From positions 1 to 49,122 of the forward strand of contig DATCFN010000349.1 of NCBI GenBank assembly GCA_036509475.1: a stretch of DNA of 49,122 nucleotides, written 5' to 3'. Each line of letters begins with the position of its first letter. Within the stretch, counting starts at the first letter, position 1. The translations under genes were made by a program, and so were the position numbers. This DNA is from Rhizomicrobium sp. (GTDB taxonomy: Bacteria; Pseudomonadota; Alphaproteobacteria; Micropepsales; Micropepsaceae). This document shows, piece after piece, positions 28,568-38,255 of the stretch. The notes beneath the pieces are model-generated. The model saw nothing but the letters and a program-made list of their open reading frames with translations. It did not search any database and had not been told where the DNA came from.

Positions 28568-31315
28568 ATGACGTTCTTCGGCATTTTCACTTTTGCGGAA
28601 CCGTGGATTCTTCTCGGTCTGATCGTGCTGCCCGCGATCTGGTTTCTGCTGCGCGTGACGCCGCCATCGCCGCGCCGCGTCGTGTTCCCGCCGCTGCGCC
28701 TGTTGCTCGGATTGAACGCGACCGAGGAAACGCCCGCGCGCACGCCATGGTGGTTGCTGCTGCTGCGCTTGCTCGCCGCGGCGCTCATCATTGTCGCGCT
28801 GGCGGAGCCGACCATCGGCGTGCCGCCCAAGGCGCTGGGCGGCGGACCATTGGTGCTGTTCGTGGACAATGGCTGGACGGCGGCCCATGCGTGGAAAGAC
28901 CGCGAGGCCGCAATCGCCGACACGCTGACGGCGGCGGCCCATGCCGAACGCCCGGTCGCAATCGTGCCGACCGCCAACCCACCTTCACCGGTGAGCCTGC
29001 TCGACGCAGGAAGCGCGCAGCGTGTGGCGGAACAACTTGAACCGGAGAGCTGGCTGCCGGACCGCAAGCGCGCACGCGAAATCCTGGCGCGCCTGCACTT
29101 CACATCCACACCGGAAATCATCTGGCTGAGTGACGGGCTCGATTACGGCAATGATGCGCAAGCCACGGCTGCCGCGCTCGCGAAAATCGGCCATCTGAAA
29201 ATCCTGGTCGATGAGGCGGGGCATTTGCCGCTGGCGTTGAAGCCGGAGACCAGCCGGACGGACGGCTTCGAAGTCACGGTCGTTCGCGCCGATGCCGAAG
29301 GTGCGCGCAGCGGCCGGGTTTCCGCGCTTGGTGCGCGCGGCGAAAATCTTGCCAGCGCGCCGTTCGCTTTCCGAAACGGAAAGAGCGAAGCATCAGCAAA
29401 AATTCCGCTGCCGCTGGAAGTGCGCAACGAAACCCAGCGCATTGTCATCGACAATGAAGAATCCGCAGGCGCCACGCGCCTGCTCGACAGCAATTCGAAG
29501 CGCAGGGCCGTCGGCCTGATCTCCGCGAGCAATATGGAGAACGAACAGCCATTGCTCTCCGACCTGTTCTATCTGGAACGCGCGCTCTCGCCTTATGCCG
29601 ATCTCAGCAAGGGCACGATTGAGGATGCCCTGACGCGCAATGCCCAGGTCATGGTGCTGGCCGATATCGGGCGCATCGCGGGCGCCGATTACAACCGCGT
29701 CGACAAATTCGTGACCAATGGCGGCGTGCTGGTGCGCTTCGCCGGCGCGCGCATGACGCAGAATGTTGACGACCTTATTCCGGTGAAGCTGCGCAGCGGC
29801 GGCCGTTATCTCGGCGGCGCGCTGGATTGGGGCAAACCGCAACACCTGGCGCCCTTCCCCGATTCCAGTCCGTTTCGCGGCCTGACCATTCCCGGCGAAG
29901 TCACCGTGTCGCGGCAGGTGCTGGCCGAACCATCGGTCGATCTGGGCGATCGCGTCTGGGCCCGGCTCACCGACGGCACGCCGCTCGTCACGGCGGCGCA
30001 GCACGGCAAAGGCTGGATCGTTCTTTTCCATGTCACGGCCGGGCCCGCGTGGTCGAGCCTTCCGCTATCCGGTCTTTATGTCGATATGCTCAAACGCGTG
30101 CTCGATCTGTCGAGCGGCGCGCGGCCTTCCGACATGGGCACGGACGCCAATGCGGCGTTTCCGCCTTACACGATGCTGGACGGCCTCGGCCATGCGCACA
30201 AACCCGCCGCCGACGCGCTGCCCATCCGTGGCAACCAGCTTGCGAAGATCAGGCCGTCGCTCATCCATCCGGCCGGCCTCTACGGAAACGAAGGCGCGCA
30301 GGTCGCCCTCAATGCGACGGATGCGAACACGGTGCTGACGCCGTTCGGCGATCTGGGCGCGAATGTCTCACTCTATTCGGGGGCCTCGTCCGCACCGCTA
30401 CAGCCGTTGCTGCTTTTGCTGGCGCTGGCTTTGCTGTTGCTCGACGTGTTCGTGTCTCTGCATCTGCGCGGCCGCAGTTTCGACCTCAAACGCCTGCTCG
30501 GCCGCTTCGCCGTTCTTGCGCTCGCCGCCGCATTGGTTCATCCCGGCACCGCGCGCGCCGACGACGCCTTCGACATGAAGGCAGCGCTGGATACGCATCT
30601 GGCCTATGTCATCACCGGGCTTCCCGACGTCGACGAGATGAGCAAGAACGGCCTCTACGGCCTCGGCCGTTACCTGCAGGCGCGCACATCCTACGATCCG
30701 CATGAGCCAATGGGTGTCGATCCGGCGAAGGACAATCTGTCGTTCTTTCCGCTGCTCTACTGGCCGATGGACCCGCGCGAGAAAGACCTGACGCCGCAGG
30801 CGCTGTCGAAAATTCAGGACTATATGAGCAATGGCGGCACGATCCTGATCGACACGCGCGATCTGACATTGGGATCGTCGCGCGGTTCGGATTCACCGGG
30901 CCAGCAGACATTGAAGCGATTGCTCGGCAAGCTCGACCTGCCACCGCTCGAGCCGGTGCCGTCGGATCATGTGCTGCGCAAATCGTTTTACATTTTGCAG
31001 GATTTCCCCGGACGCTGGGACGGCTCGAAAGTCTGGGTGGAGGCGCTGCCGCCGCCGGATCCCGACGCCGGTCCGACACCGGCCCGCGGCGGCGACAGCG
31101 TTTCGCCCGTCATCATCGGCGGCAACGACTGGGCCGCGGCATGGGCCATCGACAATGAAGGGCGCGGGCTCGTCGCCGTATCGCCGGGCGGCGACCGTCA
31201 ACGCGAGATGGCCGTGCGCTTCGGCATCAACGTCGTGATGTACGCGCTGACCGGCAATTATAAAACCGATCAGGTGCATGCGACCGCTCTTATCCAGCGC
31301 GGGCAACAGCGCTGA
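28568..31315 (+). CDS. BatA N-terminal / DUF4159 domain membrane protein
   Basis: FAEPWILLGL...FPPLRLL...PWWLLLLRLL BatA-like start; C-terminal FFPLLYWP, YMSNGG, NDWAAAWA, RFGINVVMYALTGNYKTDQVH. Confidence 0.88.
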   Translation: MTFFGIFTFAEPWILLGLIVLPAIWFLLRVTPPSPRRVVFPPLRLLLGLNATEETPARTPWWLLLLRLLAAALIIVALAEPTIGVPPKALGGGPLVLFVDNGWTAAHAWKDREAAIADTLTAAAHAERPVAIVPTANPPSPVSLLDAGSAQRVAEQLEPESWLPDRKRAREILARLHFTSTPEIIWLSDGLDYGNDAQATAAALAKIGHLKILVDEAGHLPLALKPETSRTDGFEVTVVRADAEGARSGRVSALGARGENLASAPFAFRNGKSEASAKIPLPLEVRNETQRIVIDNEESAGATRLLDSNSKRRAVGLISASNMENEQPLLSDLFYLERALSPYADLSKGTIEDALTRNAQVMVLADIGRIAGADYNRVDKFVTNGGVLVRFAGARMTQNVDDLIPVKLRSGGRYLGGALDWGKPQHLAPFPDSSPFRGLTIPGEVTVSRQVLAEPSVDLGDRVWARLTDGTPLVTAAQHGKGWIVLFHVTAGPAWSSLPLSGLYVDMLKRVLDLSSGARPSDMGTDANAAFPPYTMLDGLGHAHKPAADALPIRGNQLAKIRPSLIHPAGLYGNEGAQVALNATDANTVLTPFGDLGANVSLYSGASSAPLQPLLLLLALALLLLDVFVSLHLRGRSFDLKRLLGRFAVLALAAALVHPGTARADDAFDMKAALDTHLAYVITGLPDVDEMSKNGLYGLGRYLQARTSYDPHEPMGVDPAKDNLSFFPLLYWPMDPREKDLTPQALSKIQDYMSNGGTILIDTRDLTLGSSRGSDSPGQQTLKRLLGKLDLPPLEPVPSDHVLRKSFYILQDFPGRWDGSKVWVEALPPPDPDAGPTPARGGDSVSPVIIGGNDWAAAWAIDNEGRGLVAVSPGGDRQREMAVRFGINVVMYALTGNYKTDQVHATALIQRGQQR

Positions 31316-33381
31316 TGAACCTCTCGCTCTCCTTCGCACCGCATATCGCGCTCTGGCTGCTGTGGCTGGCCGTGGCGTTTTCCGCGGCGGCGATGATCTA
31401 CGCGTTCCTTCTGCGCGCAAGCGGCGCATGGGCCCGCGCGCTGGCGCTGGGCGTGTTGTTGCTGGCGCTGGCCAATCCTCTGATCGTACACGAAACGCGC
31501 GAGCCTCTGCCGGACGTGGCGGCGATCATCGTCGATCATACGCAAAGCATGGACATCCGTGGCCGCCGTGCGGAGGCAGACGCGGCCGCGGCGCAGCTTC
31601 GCAAGACGCTGGCCTCCGACAAGACGCTGGAAGTGCGCGAGGCCTTCGTCGACACGCGCAATGCCGCCGATGACACCGGCACACAACTCTTCGGCGCCAT
31701 CAGCAGCGCTTTGTCCGACGTGCCGCCGGATCGCATCGCGGGGGCCATCGCCATCACCGACGGCGAAGTCCATGACGCGCCACCGGCTGGCAAGGCGGCG
31801 TTGCCCGCGCCCATCCAGGCATTGATCGTCGGCAAGCCGGGCGAGCGCGACCGCAAGCTGACCGTCGTCAGCGCGACGCCCTTCGCCATTGTCGGGCAGG
31901 CCGCGAACATCGCTTTGCGGGTCGACGATTATGGCGGCGACGCAGGCAGTACCGCCGAAATCGACATCCATATCGACGGCGTCGAGAAAGGTGTGCAGGT
32001 CGTGCCCGTCGGCAAGGACGCGACGCTGAAAATCCCCGTGGCCCATGCCGGCGAGAACGTCATCGAACTGGAAGCGCGGCCCGCCCCGGCCGAACTCACC
32101 TTGCAGAACAACCATGCCGTGGTGACGATCAACGGCGTGCGCGACCGCCTGCGCGTGCTGCTCGTCTCCGGCGAACCGCATGCGGGGGAGCGCGTCTGGC
32201 GTTCGCTGCTGAAGGCCGATCCGTCTGTCGATCTGGTGCAGTTCACCATTCTGCGTCCGCCGGACAAGCAGGACACCACGCCGATCGACGAACTGGCGCT
32301 GATCGCCTTTCCGACGCGCGAGTTGTTCGACGAAAAGCTCGGCACGTTCGACCTGATTATCTTCGACCGCTATAGCGAACGCGGAATCCTGCCGCTCGGC
32401 TATTTCGACAACATCGCGAACTATGTCCGCAATGGCGGCGCGCTGCTGGTGTCGTCGGGACCGGAATTCGCCGGCCCGCTCAGCATCTATCACACGCCGC
32501 TGACCGCCGTGCTGCCGGCACAGCCGGACGGCACCGTCATCACGCGAGGCTTCAAGCCGATGGTGACAGCGCAGGGCATGGCGAACCCAGTGACGCGCGA
32601 CCTGTCCGGCGCCAACACGCTGACGGCACCGCCGAGCTGGGGCCGCTGGTTTCGTCTGATCGGCACCACCACAGTATCCGGCGAAACCTTGATGAGTGGG
32701 CCGGACAACAAGCCGCTGCTGGTTCTCGATCAGCAGGGCAAGGGCCGCGTCGCGGAAATTCTCTCCGATCATATCTGGCTGTGGGCGCGCGGCTATGAAG
32801 GCGGCGGACCGGACGCGGAATTGCTGCGCCGCCTCGCGCACTGGCTGATGAAAGAGCCGGAACTGGAGGAAGAACGTCTGTCCGCTTCGATCAGCAACGG
32901 CCAGATGTCCGTCGAACGCCACTCGATGCATGACACCGTTCCGCCGGTGCGCATCACCTATCCGTCCGGCAACCAGACGCAGATCACGCTGAACAAGATC
33001 GCACCCGGAATCTGGAAAGGCGCGGCGAAGGCCGACCAGCTTGGCCTCTATCGGCTGGACGACGGCACATTGAACGCCGTGACGGCGGCGGGACCGCTCA
33101 ATCCCAAGGAAGTCGCCGACATGCGCGCGACGGCGGAAATTCTCAAAGCATCGACGCATGCCACCGGCGGCGGCGTGCATTGGCTGGCCGATGGCGGCGT
33201 GCCGGCCATCAGCCGCGTCTCGCCCGGTTCAAATGCGACCGGCAGCGGATGGATCGGGCTGCGCGCCAATGGCGCCTATCGCGTCACCAGCGTGGAACAA
33301 ATGCCGTTGCTGCCCGCATGGCTCGCGGTTTTTCTTTTGATCGGCACGCTGCTCTTCGCGTGGCGGTTGGAAGGAAAGTAA
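31315..33381 (+). CDS. Membrane protein with vWA-like and GATase1-like domains
   Basis: N- and C-terminal TM helices, VDHTQSM, ITDGEVHD, VLLVSGEPHAGER, FTILRPP, NYVRNGGALLV, WLWARG; last gene of the moxR operon. Confidence 0.8.
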   Translation: MNLSLSFAPHIALWLLWLAVAFSAAAMIYAFLLRASGAWARALALGVLLLALANPLIVHETREPLPDVAAIIVDHTQSMDIRGRRAEADAAAAQLRKTLASDKTLEVREAFVDTRNAADDTGTQLFGAISSALSDVPPDRIAGAIAITDGEVHDAPPAGKAALPAPIQALIVGKPGERDRKLTVVSATPFAIVGQAANIALRVDDYGGDAGSTAEIDIHIDGVEKGVQVVPVGKDATLKIPVAHAGENVIELEARPAPAELTLQNNHAVVTINGVRDRLRVLLVSGEPHAGERVWRSLLKADPSVDLVQFTILRPPDKQDTTPIDELALIAFPTRELFDEKLGTFDLIIFDRYSERGILPLGYFDNIANYVRNGGALLVSSGPEFAGPLSIYHTPLTAVLPAQPDGTVITRGFKPMVTAQGMANPVTRDLSGANTLTAPPSWGRWFRLIGTTTVSGETLMSGPDNKPLLVLDQQGKGRVAEILSDHIWLWARGYEGGGPDAELLRRLAHWLMKEPELEEERLSASISNGQMSVERHSMHDTVPPVRITYPSGNQTQITLNKIAPGIWKGAAKADQLGLYRLDDGTLNAVTAAGPLNPKEVADMRATAEILKASTHATGGGVHWLADGGVPAISRVSPGSNATGSGWIGLRANGAYRVTSVEQMPLLPAWLAVFLLIGTLLFAWRLEGK

Positions 33382-33390
33382 TATTCCCCT

Positions 33391-33948
33391 TCACGCTTTT
33401 CCCAGCGGCGCGCCATCGGCGCAGACGGGATCGGCGATGTGGGCGCGACGAATATCGCCGCTCAACGTCAGCAGCACATCGGGTTTCAGCGACAGTCCGA
33501 GAATCCGAGAGGCGTCCACCGGTCCCGGAAAATGCACGCGCCGAGGCGGCAGGCGCGTGAAGCCGGCGCGCACATAATAGGGCTCGTCCCCCACCAGCAG
33601 GATGCAGGAATAATCCGTGGCATGCGCGGCCTCGATGCCGTGCTTCATCAGCGCGATGCCGATGCCGCGTCCACGCTGGCTGGACTGAACCGCCAGCGGA
33701 CCCAGCAGCAATGCTTTGTGCGCGCCGACAAAGATCGGCCAGAAGCGCACCGAGGCGCGAAACGCGCCGTCCTCCAGCGCGACAAAACTCAGTTGGCTTT
33801 CCGGCGCCACGCCTTCGCGCAAACGATACGCGGCTCTGACGTAGCGGCCCGGCCCGAAACTCGCCACGTTGAGCGCATCGACGAGCGGCGCGTCTTCCGC
33901 GCGCTCGGCGCGGATTTGCCAAGCCGCCTCTTTCACCACATCGGCCAC
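33391..33948 (-). CDS. GNAT family N-acetyltransferase
   Basis: SFGPGRYVRAAYRLREG, LLGPLAV..QRGRGIG, LLVGDEPYY.RAGF, PGPVD; GTG start estimated from a GGAG RBS. Confidence 0.88.
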   Translation of the reverse strand: MADVVKEAAWQIRAERAEDAPLVDALNVASFGPGRYVRAAYRLREGVAPESQLSFVALEDGAFRASVRFWPIFVGAHKALLLGPLAVQSSQRGRGIGIALMKHGIEAAHATDYSCILLVGDEPYYVRAGFTRLPPRRVHFPGPVDASRILGLSLKPDVLLTLSGDIRRAHIADPVCADGAPLGKA

Positions 33949-33990
33949 GAAGCTACGCTCCACATCGAGGAAACAACGAGAGGTAATCCC

Positions 33991-34908
33991 ATGGGCGTGC
34001 TGGATGGCAAGGTCGTTCTGGTCACGGGCGGCGCGAACGGAATCGGCAAGGAATGCGCGCTGCTGGCGGCGCGCGAAGGCGCCAAGGTCGTGGTCAACGA
34101 TCTGGGTGGTGGGGCTGCGGGCGGCGATGCCGGCTCGGCAGGCCCCGCCGAAGCGGTAGCCGCGGAAATTCGCAAGGCCGGCGGCGAGGCCGTCTCCAAC
34201 TCCGACAGCGTCACCAGCCGCGCGGGCGTGGCGCGCATGTTCGAGCAGGCGCTGGATACCTTCAAGGGCCTGCATTCGGTCATCAATCCGGCGGGCATCC
34301 TGCGCGACAAGATGTTCCACAAGATGACCGACGAGGAGTGGGACATCGTCGTCGATGTGCATCTGAACGGCAGCTACAATGTCAGCCACGCCGCCATCAA
34401 TCATTTCCGCGAACAGGAAGAAGGCTCATTCGTCCTCTTCACGTCCACCTCCGGCATCATCGGCAATATCGGCCAGGCGAACTACGCCGCCGCCAAGATG
34501 GGTATTGTTGGCCTGTCGCGCATCATCGCGATGGAAGGCCTGCAAAAGAACGTACGCTCCAACGTGATCGCGCCGTTCGCATGGTCGCGTATGATCGCAA
34601 CCATTCCGGTGAAGGACGAAGCCTCCGCCAAACGCGTCGAGCGCATGAAGAATTTCATGCGCGCCGATCAGGTGGCGCAGCTTGCGGTGTCGCTGGCCTC
34701 TCCCGCCTGCAAGGATGTGAGCGGGCAGATCTTCGTGGCGCGCGGCAATGAAATCTTCCTGATGAGCCAGCCGCGTCCCTTGCGTGGCATGGCGAAGGTC
34801 GAAGGCTGGACGCCGCAGACGATCGCCGATCACTGCATGCCGGCGATGAAGCCCAGCTTCCACGATCTGGGCGCGACCAACAGCGTGTTCGGCTGGGACC
34901 CGGTCTAG
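33991..34908 (+). CDS. Short-chain dehydrogenase (MFE-2/3-hydroxyacyl-CoA dehydrogenase-like)
   Basis: VTGGANGIG, VVVNDLGG, AGILRDKMF, GNIGQANYAAAK. Confidence 0.92.
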   Translation: MGVLDGKVVLVTGGANGIGKECALLAAREGAKVVVNDLGGGAAGGDAGSAGPAEAVAAEIRKAGGEAVSNSDSVTSRAGVARMFEQALDTFKGLHSVINPAGILRDKMFHKMTDEEWDIVVDVHLNGSYNVSHAAINHFREQEEGSFVLFTSTSGIIGNIGQANYAAAKMGIVGLSRIIAMEGLQKNVRSNVIAPFAWSRMIATIPVKDEASAKRVERMKNFMRADQVAQLAVSLASPACKDVSGQIFVARGNEIFLMSQPRPLRGMAKVEGWTPQTIADHCMPAMKPSFHDLGATNSVFGWDPV

Positions 34909-35385
34909 CTACCAGTAAGGCGAGCGCGGCACCTTGCCGGTTAGTTCGGCAAGGCGCCGGCGCGTTGCCGGCGTCGTGCCGTCCGGCGGCGCTGCCGGAT
35001 CGCAGAACAGGACTTCGCGGATTTCCAGATTTGGCCGAAACTGAAGGCGCACATTGCGCAGCCGGTAGAGCGCGTTGACGTTCGTGAACCACGCCACTTT
35101 GCGGCTGTAGAGGCCGATAAATTCCGGCGCCGTGGACTCCATCAGGCCGACTTCTTCCTCAAGTTCCCGTACAACCGCAAGTTCCGGCGGCTCGCCCTTG
35201 TTCACCCCGCCGCCGGGCAACCGCCAGCCCTGCGCATAGGATTGCCGCACCAGCAGAACGCGGCCCTGTCCATCCTCGGCGATGGCGGTCGCGCCGAAAA
35301 CTGTCGGATGAAACAAGGCCTTGATCATCATCGTGAAGGTCACGATACCGGAGGACGGTATAAAACGGCGCAAGGACAAGGCCAA
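34909..35385 (-). CDS. NUDIX hydrolase
   Basis: VLLVRQSY, WRLPGGGVNKGE..ELAVVRELEEEVG Nudix box; start uncertain (35331-35415). Confidence 0.85.
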   Translation of the reverse strand: MALSLRRFIPSSGIVTFTMMIKALFHPTVFGATAIAEDGQGRVLLVRQSYAQGWRLPGGGVNKGEPPELAVVRELEEEVGLMESTAPEFIGLYSRKVAWFTNVNALYRLRNVRLQFRPNLEIREVLFCDPAAPPDGTTPATRRRLAELTGKVPRSPYW

Positions 35386-35521
35386 TTCTTCCTCGAGTAA
35401 GGGAATTCTAACCAACGCGGACTAGATTTGGCCGGATTGTTCACCGGGGGAGCACCGCACTTTGCGTCGGCACGGCAGGCTCGCACAAGAGCCGCCGCGC
35501 GAAGGCAAACGCTGAATTTCG

Positions 35522-36037
35522 ATGTCCACCGCCAACTTCACAAACCTGAAGGCTCTGATTGTCGAGGACAATCCGCATATGCGCGCGCTTCTTCGCTCGC
35601 TGCTGCAGGCGCTGGGCATCAAGACCGTTCTGGAATCCTGCGACGGCGCAACGGGCTTCGCCGAAGTCTGCATTCGCAATCCTGACCTGGTGCTGACAGA
35701 TCTGTCGATGGAGCCCACGGACGGCATCGCGCTGACAAGGCAGATCCGCCAGGGCGGATGCAGCCCCAATCCTTTCGTGCCCATCATCATGGTGACCGGG
35801 CATACGGAGCGCCAGCGCGTGGAGGCCGCGCGCGACGCGGGCGTGACGGAATTCCTCGCCAAGCCGATCACGATCCAGAACCTGACATCGCGCCTGACCG
35901 AGATCGTTGAGCGGCCCCGGCAGTTCGTGAAATGCGAAGCTTATTTCGGGCCGGAACGCCGCCGCCGCAAATCGGAAAGCCATACCGGCCCGTGGCGCCG
36001 CGGCGAGGACTTCAAAGACGATCTGGAGATACGTTAG
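35522..36037 (+). CDS. CheY-like response regulator with Arg-rich C-terminal extension (Cle-like)
   Basis: IVEDN, LTDLSM, MVTGH, FLAKP receiver motifs, then RPRQFV..EAYFGPERRRRK. Confidence 0.85.
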   Translation: MSTANFTNLKALIVEDNPHMRALLRSLLQALGIKTVLESCDGATGFAEVCIRNPDLVLTDLSMEPTDGIALTRQIRQGGCSPNPFVPIIMVTGHTERQRVEAARDAGVTEFLAKPITIQNLTSRLTEIVERPRQFVKCEAYFGPERRRRKSESHTGPWRRGEDFKDDLEIR

Positions 36038-36039
36038 CC

Positions 36040-36549
36040 ATGGCTGCGAACTCTCACACCGGCACGGTCAAGATTATCGCGCCACATGAATATCCTCCGA
36101 TGATCACGGGTGAAGGCGCGGCGAACTTCCTGCGCGTTCTGACGAGCTATGAAACGGCACAACGCGCGGCCCGCGTCATCGAACTGCGCCGCGACCAACT
36201 CTGCGAAGCCGTGCTGAGCTATATCGCGCAGATGGAAGATGCTGCCTCAGCCTCCAATCTGTCCGGCATCTTCGCGCAAGCTCATGAAATTCGCGGCCTT
36301 GCCGGGACCGCCGGCATGGAAGCGGCCGGGCGCATCGCGGACGGCTTGTGCAAATATCTTTCGGCCGCGGCGGATCTCGGCTCCGTGGCCGATGCGGCGG
36401 TCATCGCGCTGCATGTCGATGCCATCACCCGCGCCTCCAGTTCCGCTGGCGAAGCGGGCAAATTCGGCAACCGCGTCGCCGTCGAACTGGCCACGCTCGT
36501 CGCCCGCAAGCTCAATGCCGTTAACGGATTGAAAACGAAATCGGCCTGA
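36040..36549 (+). CDS. Hpt-like helical protein
   Basis: IFAQAHEIRGLAGTAG...ADGLCKYL...ALHVDAI, an Hpt-like H-box pattern; starts 2 bp after the CheY-like gene. Confidence 0.7.
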   Translation: MAANSHTGTVKIIAPHEYPPMITGEGAANFLRVLTSYETAQRAARVIELRRDQLCEAVLSYIAQMEDAASASNLSGIFAQAHEIRGLAGTAGMEAAGRIADGLCKYLSAAADLGSVADAAVIALHVDAITRASSSAGEAGKFGNRVAVELATLVARKLNAVNGLKTKSA

Positions 36550-36699
36550 CTGGAGTGGGACGCTAACCTTTCGGCCGCACGTTTTGCCGCGCAAAATTGC
36601 AACTCTTCACCGCTCTTTAATCGCTCGCGTTAATACTGAACGCGCGGAAACCGGACGCCTGTCCGGTGTTTCCCGCGCGCACATTCTGGGCTTTCGCAC

Positions 36700-37572
36700 A
36701 TGCTTCAACTGGCCGGCATCGGTGTTCTCTTCGCCTGCGTGTTCGGCGGATACATTCTCTCTGGCGGCTCGCTCGGCGTGGTGCTGGAAGCGTTGCCCCA
36801 TGAAATGCTGACCATTCTGGGCGCTGCGCTGGCGGCCTTGCTCATCGGCGGCTCAATCTCCGAACTGAAGAAGATCGCCGGCGTGATGGGCAAGATTGTC
36901 TCCGGCCCGAAATGGAAACATTCGGACTATACGGACCTACTCTGCCTGCTGTTCCTCGTCACCAAAACGATGAAGACCAAGGGCATGATCGCGCTGGAAG
37001 CGCATATCGAAAAGCCGGAAGATTCATCGATCTTCAAGCGCTATCCGCGCATCTGCAAAGACCATTTCGCGCTCGACTTCATCTGCGACACGCTGCGCAT
37101 GATGACCATGAGTCTGGAAGACCCCAATCAGGTCGAGACGGCCATGGATAAGCAGCTGGAAAAGCATCACCACGAAGCGCTCGGCCCGGCTGGGGCCATG
37201 CAAGGCATGGCGGATGCGCTGCCCGCGCTCGGCATCGTCGCCGCCGTGCTCGGCGTTATCAAAACCATGGGCGCGATTTCGGAGCCGCCGGAAGTTCTCG
37301 GCAAGATGATCGGTTCGGCGCTCGTCGGCACCTTCATGGGCGTGTTCCTGGCCTATGGCATCGTCGGGCCGATCGCGACGCGCCTGAAATTCATCGCCGA
37401 GGAAGAAGCACTCTTCTATCACGTCATTCGCGACGTGCTGGTCGCACATCTGCACGGCAATGCGGCGCAGATTTCGGTGGAACTGGGCCGCGGCAGTGTG
37501 CCGAGCGACGCGCAGCCGAGTTTTCAGGTGTTGGAAGAAGCGCTCAACAATATCCAGCCGGACAAGGGCTGA
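36700..37572 (+). CDS. motA: Flagellar motor stator protein MotA
   Basis: VFGGY, LEAHIEKP, FICDTLRM, ADALPALGIVAAVLGVIKTM, ALVGTFMGVFLAYG. Confidence 0.96.
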   Translation: MLQLAGIGVLFACVFGGYILSGGSLGVVLEALPHEMLTILGAALAALLIGGSISELKKIAGVMGKIVSGPKWKHSDYTDLLCLLFLVTKTMKTKGMIALEAHIEKPEDSSIFKRYPRICKDHFALDFICDTLRMMTMSLEDPNQVETAMDKQLEKHHHEALGPAGAMQGMADALPALGIVAAVLGVIKTMGAISEPPEVLGKMIGSALVGTFMGVFLAYGIVGPIATRLKFIAEEEALFYHVIRDVLVAHLHGNAAQISVELGRGSVPSDAQPSFQVLEEALNNIQPDKG

Positions 37573-37576
37573 TCGC

Positions 37577-37759
37577 TCAATACCGCGCGCGAATGCGGAT
37601 CGGCTGAGGCTGCCGCTGTTCGGCCACGCCCGCGAAAAACGTCGCCAGCGCGCCGGCGAAAACGCCGAGCGGCACCGCGTAGAGAACATCCATATCGCAT
37701 CCCAGTACGACAATCGCGGTGACCGCGAGACCCGTCCATTGCGCCACGTTCTTCGGCAT
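37577..37759 (-). CDS. Small hypothetical membrane protein (60 aa)
   Basis: Two hydrophobic segments and a basic tail; GAAGG just upstream; fills the gap between motA and DUF302. Confidence 0.55.
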   Translation of the reverse strand: MPKNVAQWTGLAVTAIVVLGCDMDVLYAVPLGVFAGALATFFAGVAEQRQPQPIRIRARY

Positions 37760-37823
37760 CCTTCGGCTTCCCCAAGTGAACGCACAAAGGTTAGCCCGGT
37801 ATGCCGCGAATTGAAGCGGATGC

Positions 37824-37838
37824 TTAAAGAAGGGTTAA
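37824..37838. promoter_or_regulatory. Putative CtrA binding site
   Basis: TTAA-AGAAGGG-TTAA, an exact TTAA-N7-TTAA, about 65 bp upstream of the 60-aa ORF; one half overlaps the DUF302 stop codon. Confidence 0.5.
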
Positions 37839-38227
37839 TTGGCCGCAGCGTCGGCAAGCGCCGCGAGCGCCGCCGTCAGCGCCGCGACAGTCTTTTCCGC
37901 ATCGGCGCCGTGACGGGCCGCGATCCAGGCCGGGTCGTTGTAGCTGAGATGAACCGCGCCTTTCGCGTCCTGCCAGATCAGCATTTTCAGCGGCAGGTCG
38001 ATGCCGGCGGTTTGCGCGGACTGCATCAGCGGCGTCCCACCGGCGGCGTTTCCGAAGATCACCACCGTTGTGGGCAGCAGTTCGAGTCCAGCCTGCGCAG
38101 CACCCTCGCCATGCTCGATGATGGCAAAAATGGTGAGGCTTTTGGATGCCAGCGCGGCGACAAGGCGCGACAGCGTCGTTCCGAAATCATGCGCACTGCC
38201 GCGCGTGATCAACCCGTTGGCGTTCAT
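37835..38227 (-). CDS. DUF302 domain protein
   Basis: IFAIIEH...AGLEL.PTTVVIFGN..GGTPLMQ...GIDLPLKMLIWQD...SYNDP. Confidence 0.9.
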   Translation of the reverse strand: MNANGLITRGSAHDFGTTLSRLVAALASKSLTIFAIIEHGEGAAQAGLELLPTTVVIFGNAAGGTPLMQSAQTAGIDLPLKMLIWQDAKGAVHLSYNDPAWIAARHGADAEKTVAALTAALAALADAAAN

Positions 38228-38255
38228 TGCCGCGCCGACTCAAAGCCGCGCCCGA

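Noticed and set aside
36700-37572. motA without an adjacent motB
   Set aside because: Separated motA and motB genes are normal in Caulobacter-like alphaproteobacteria.
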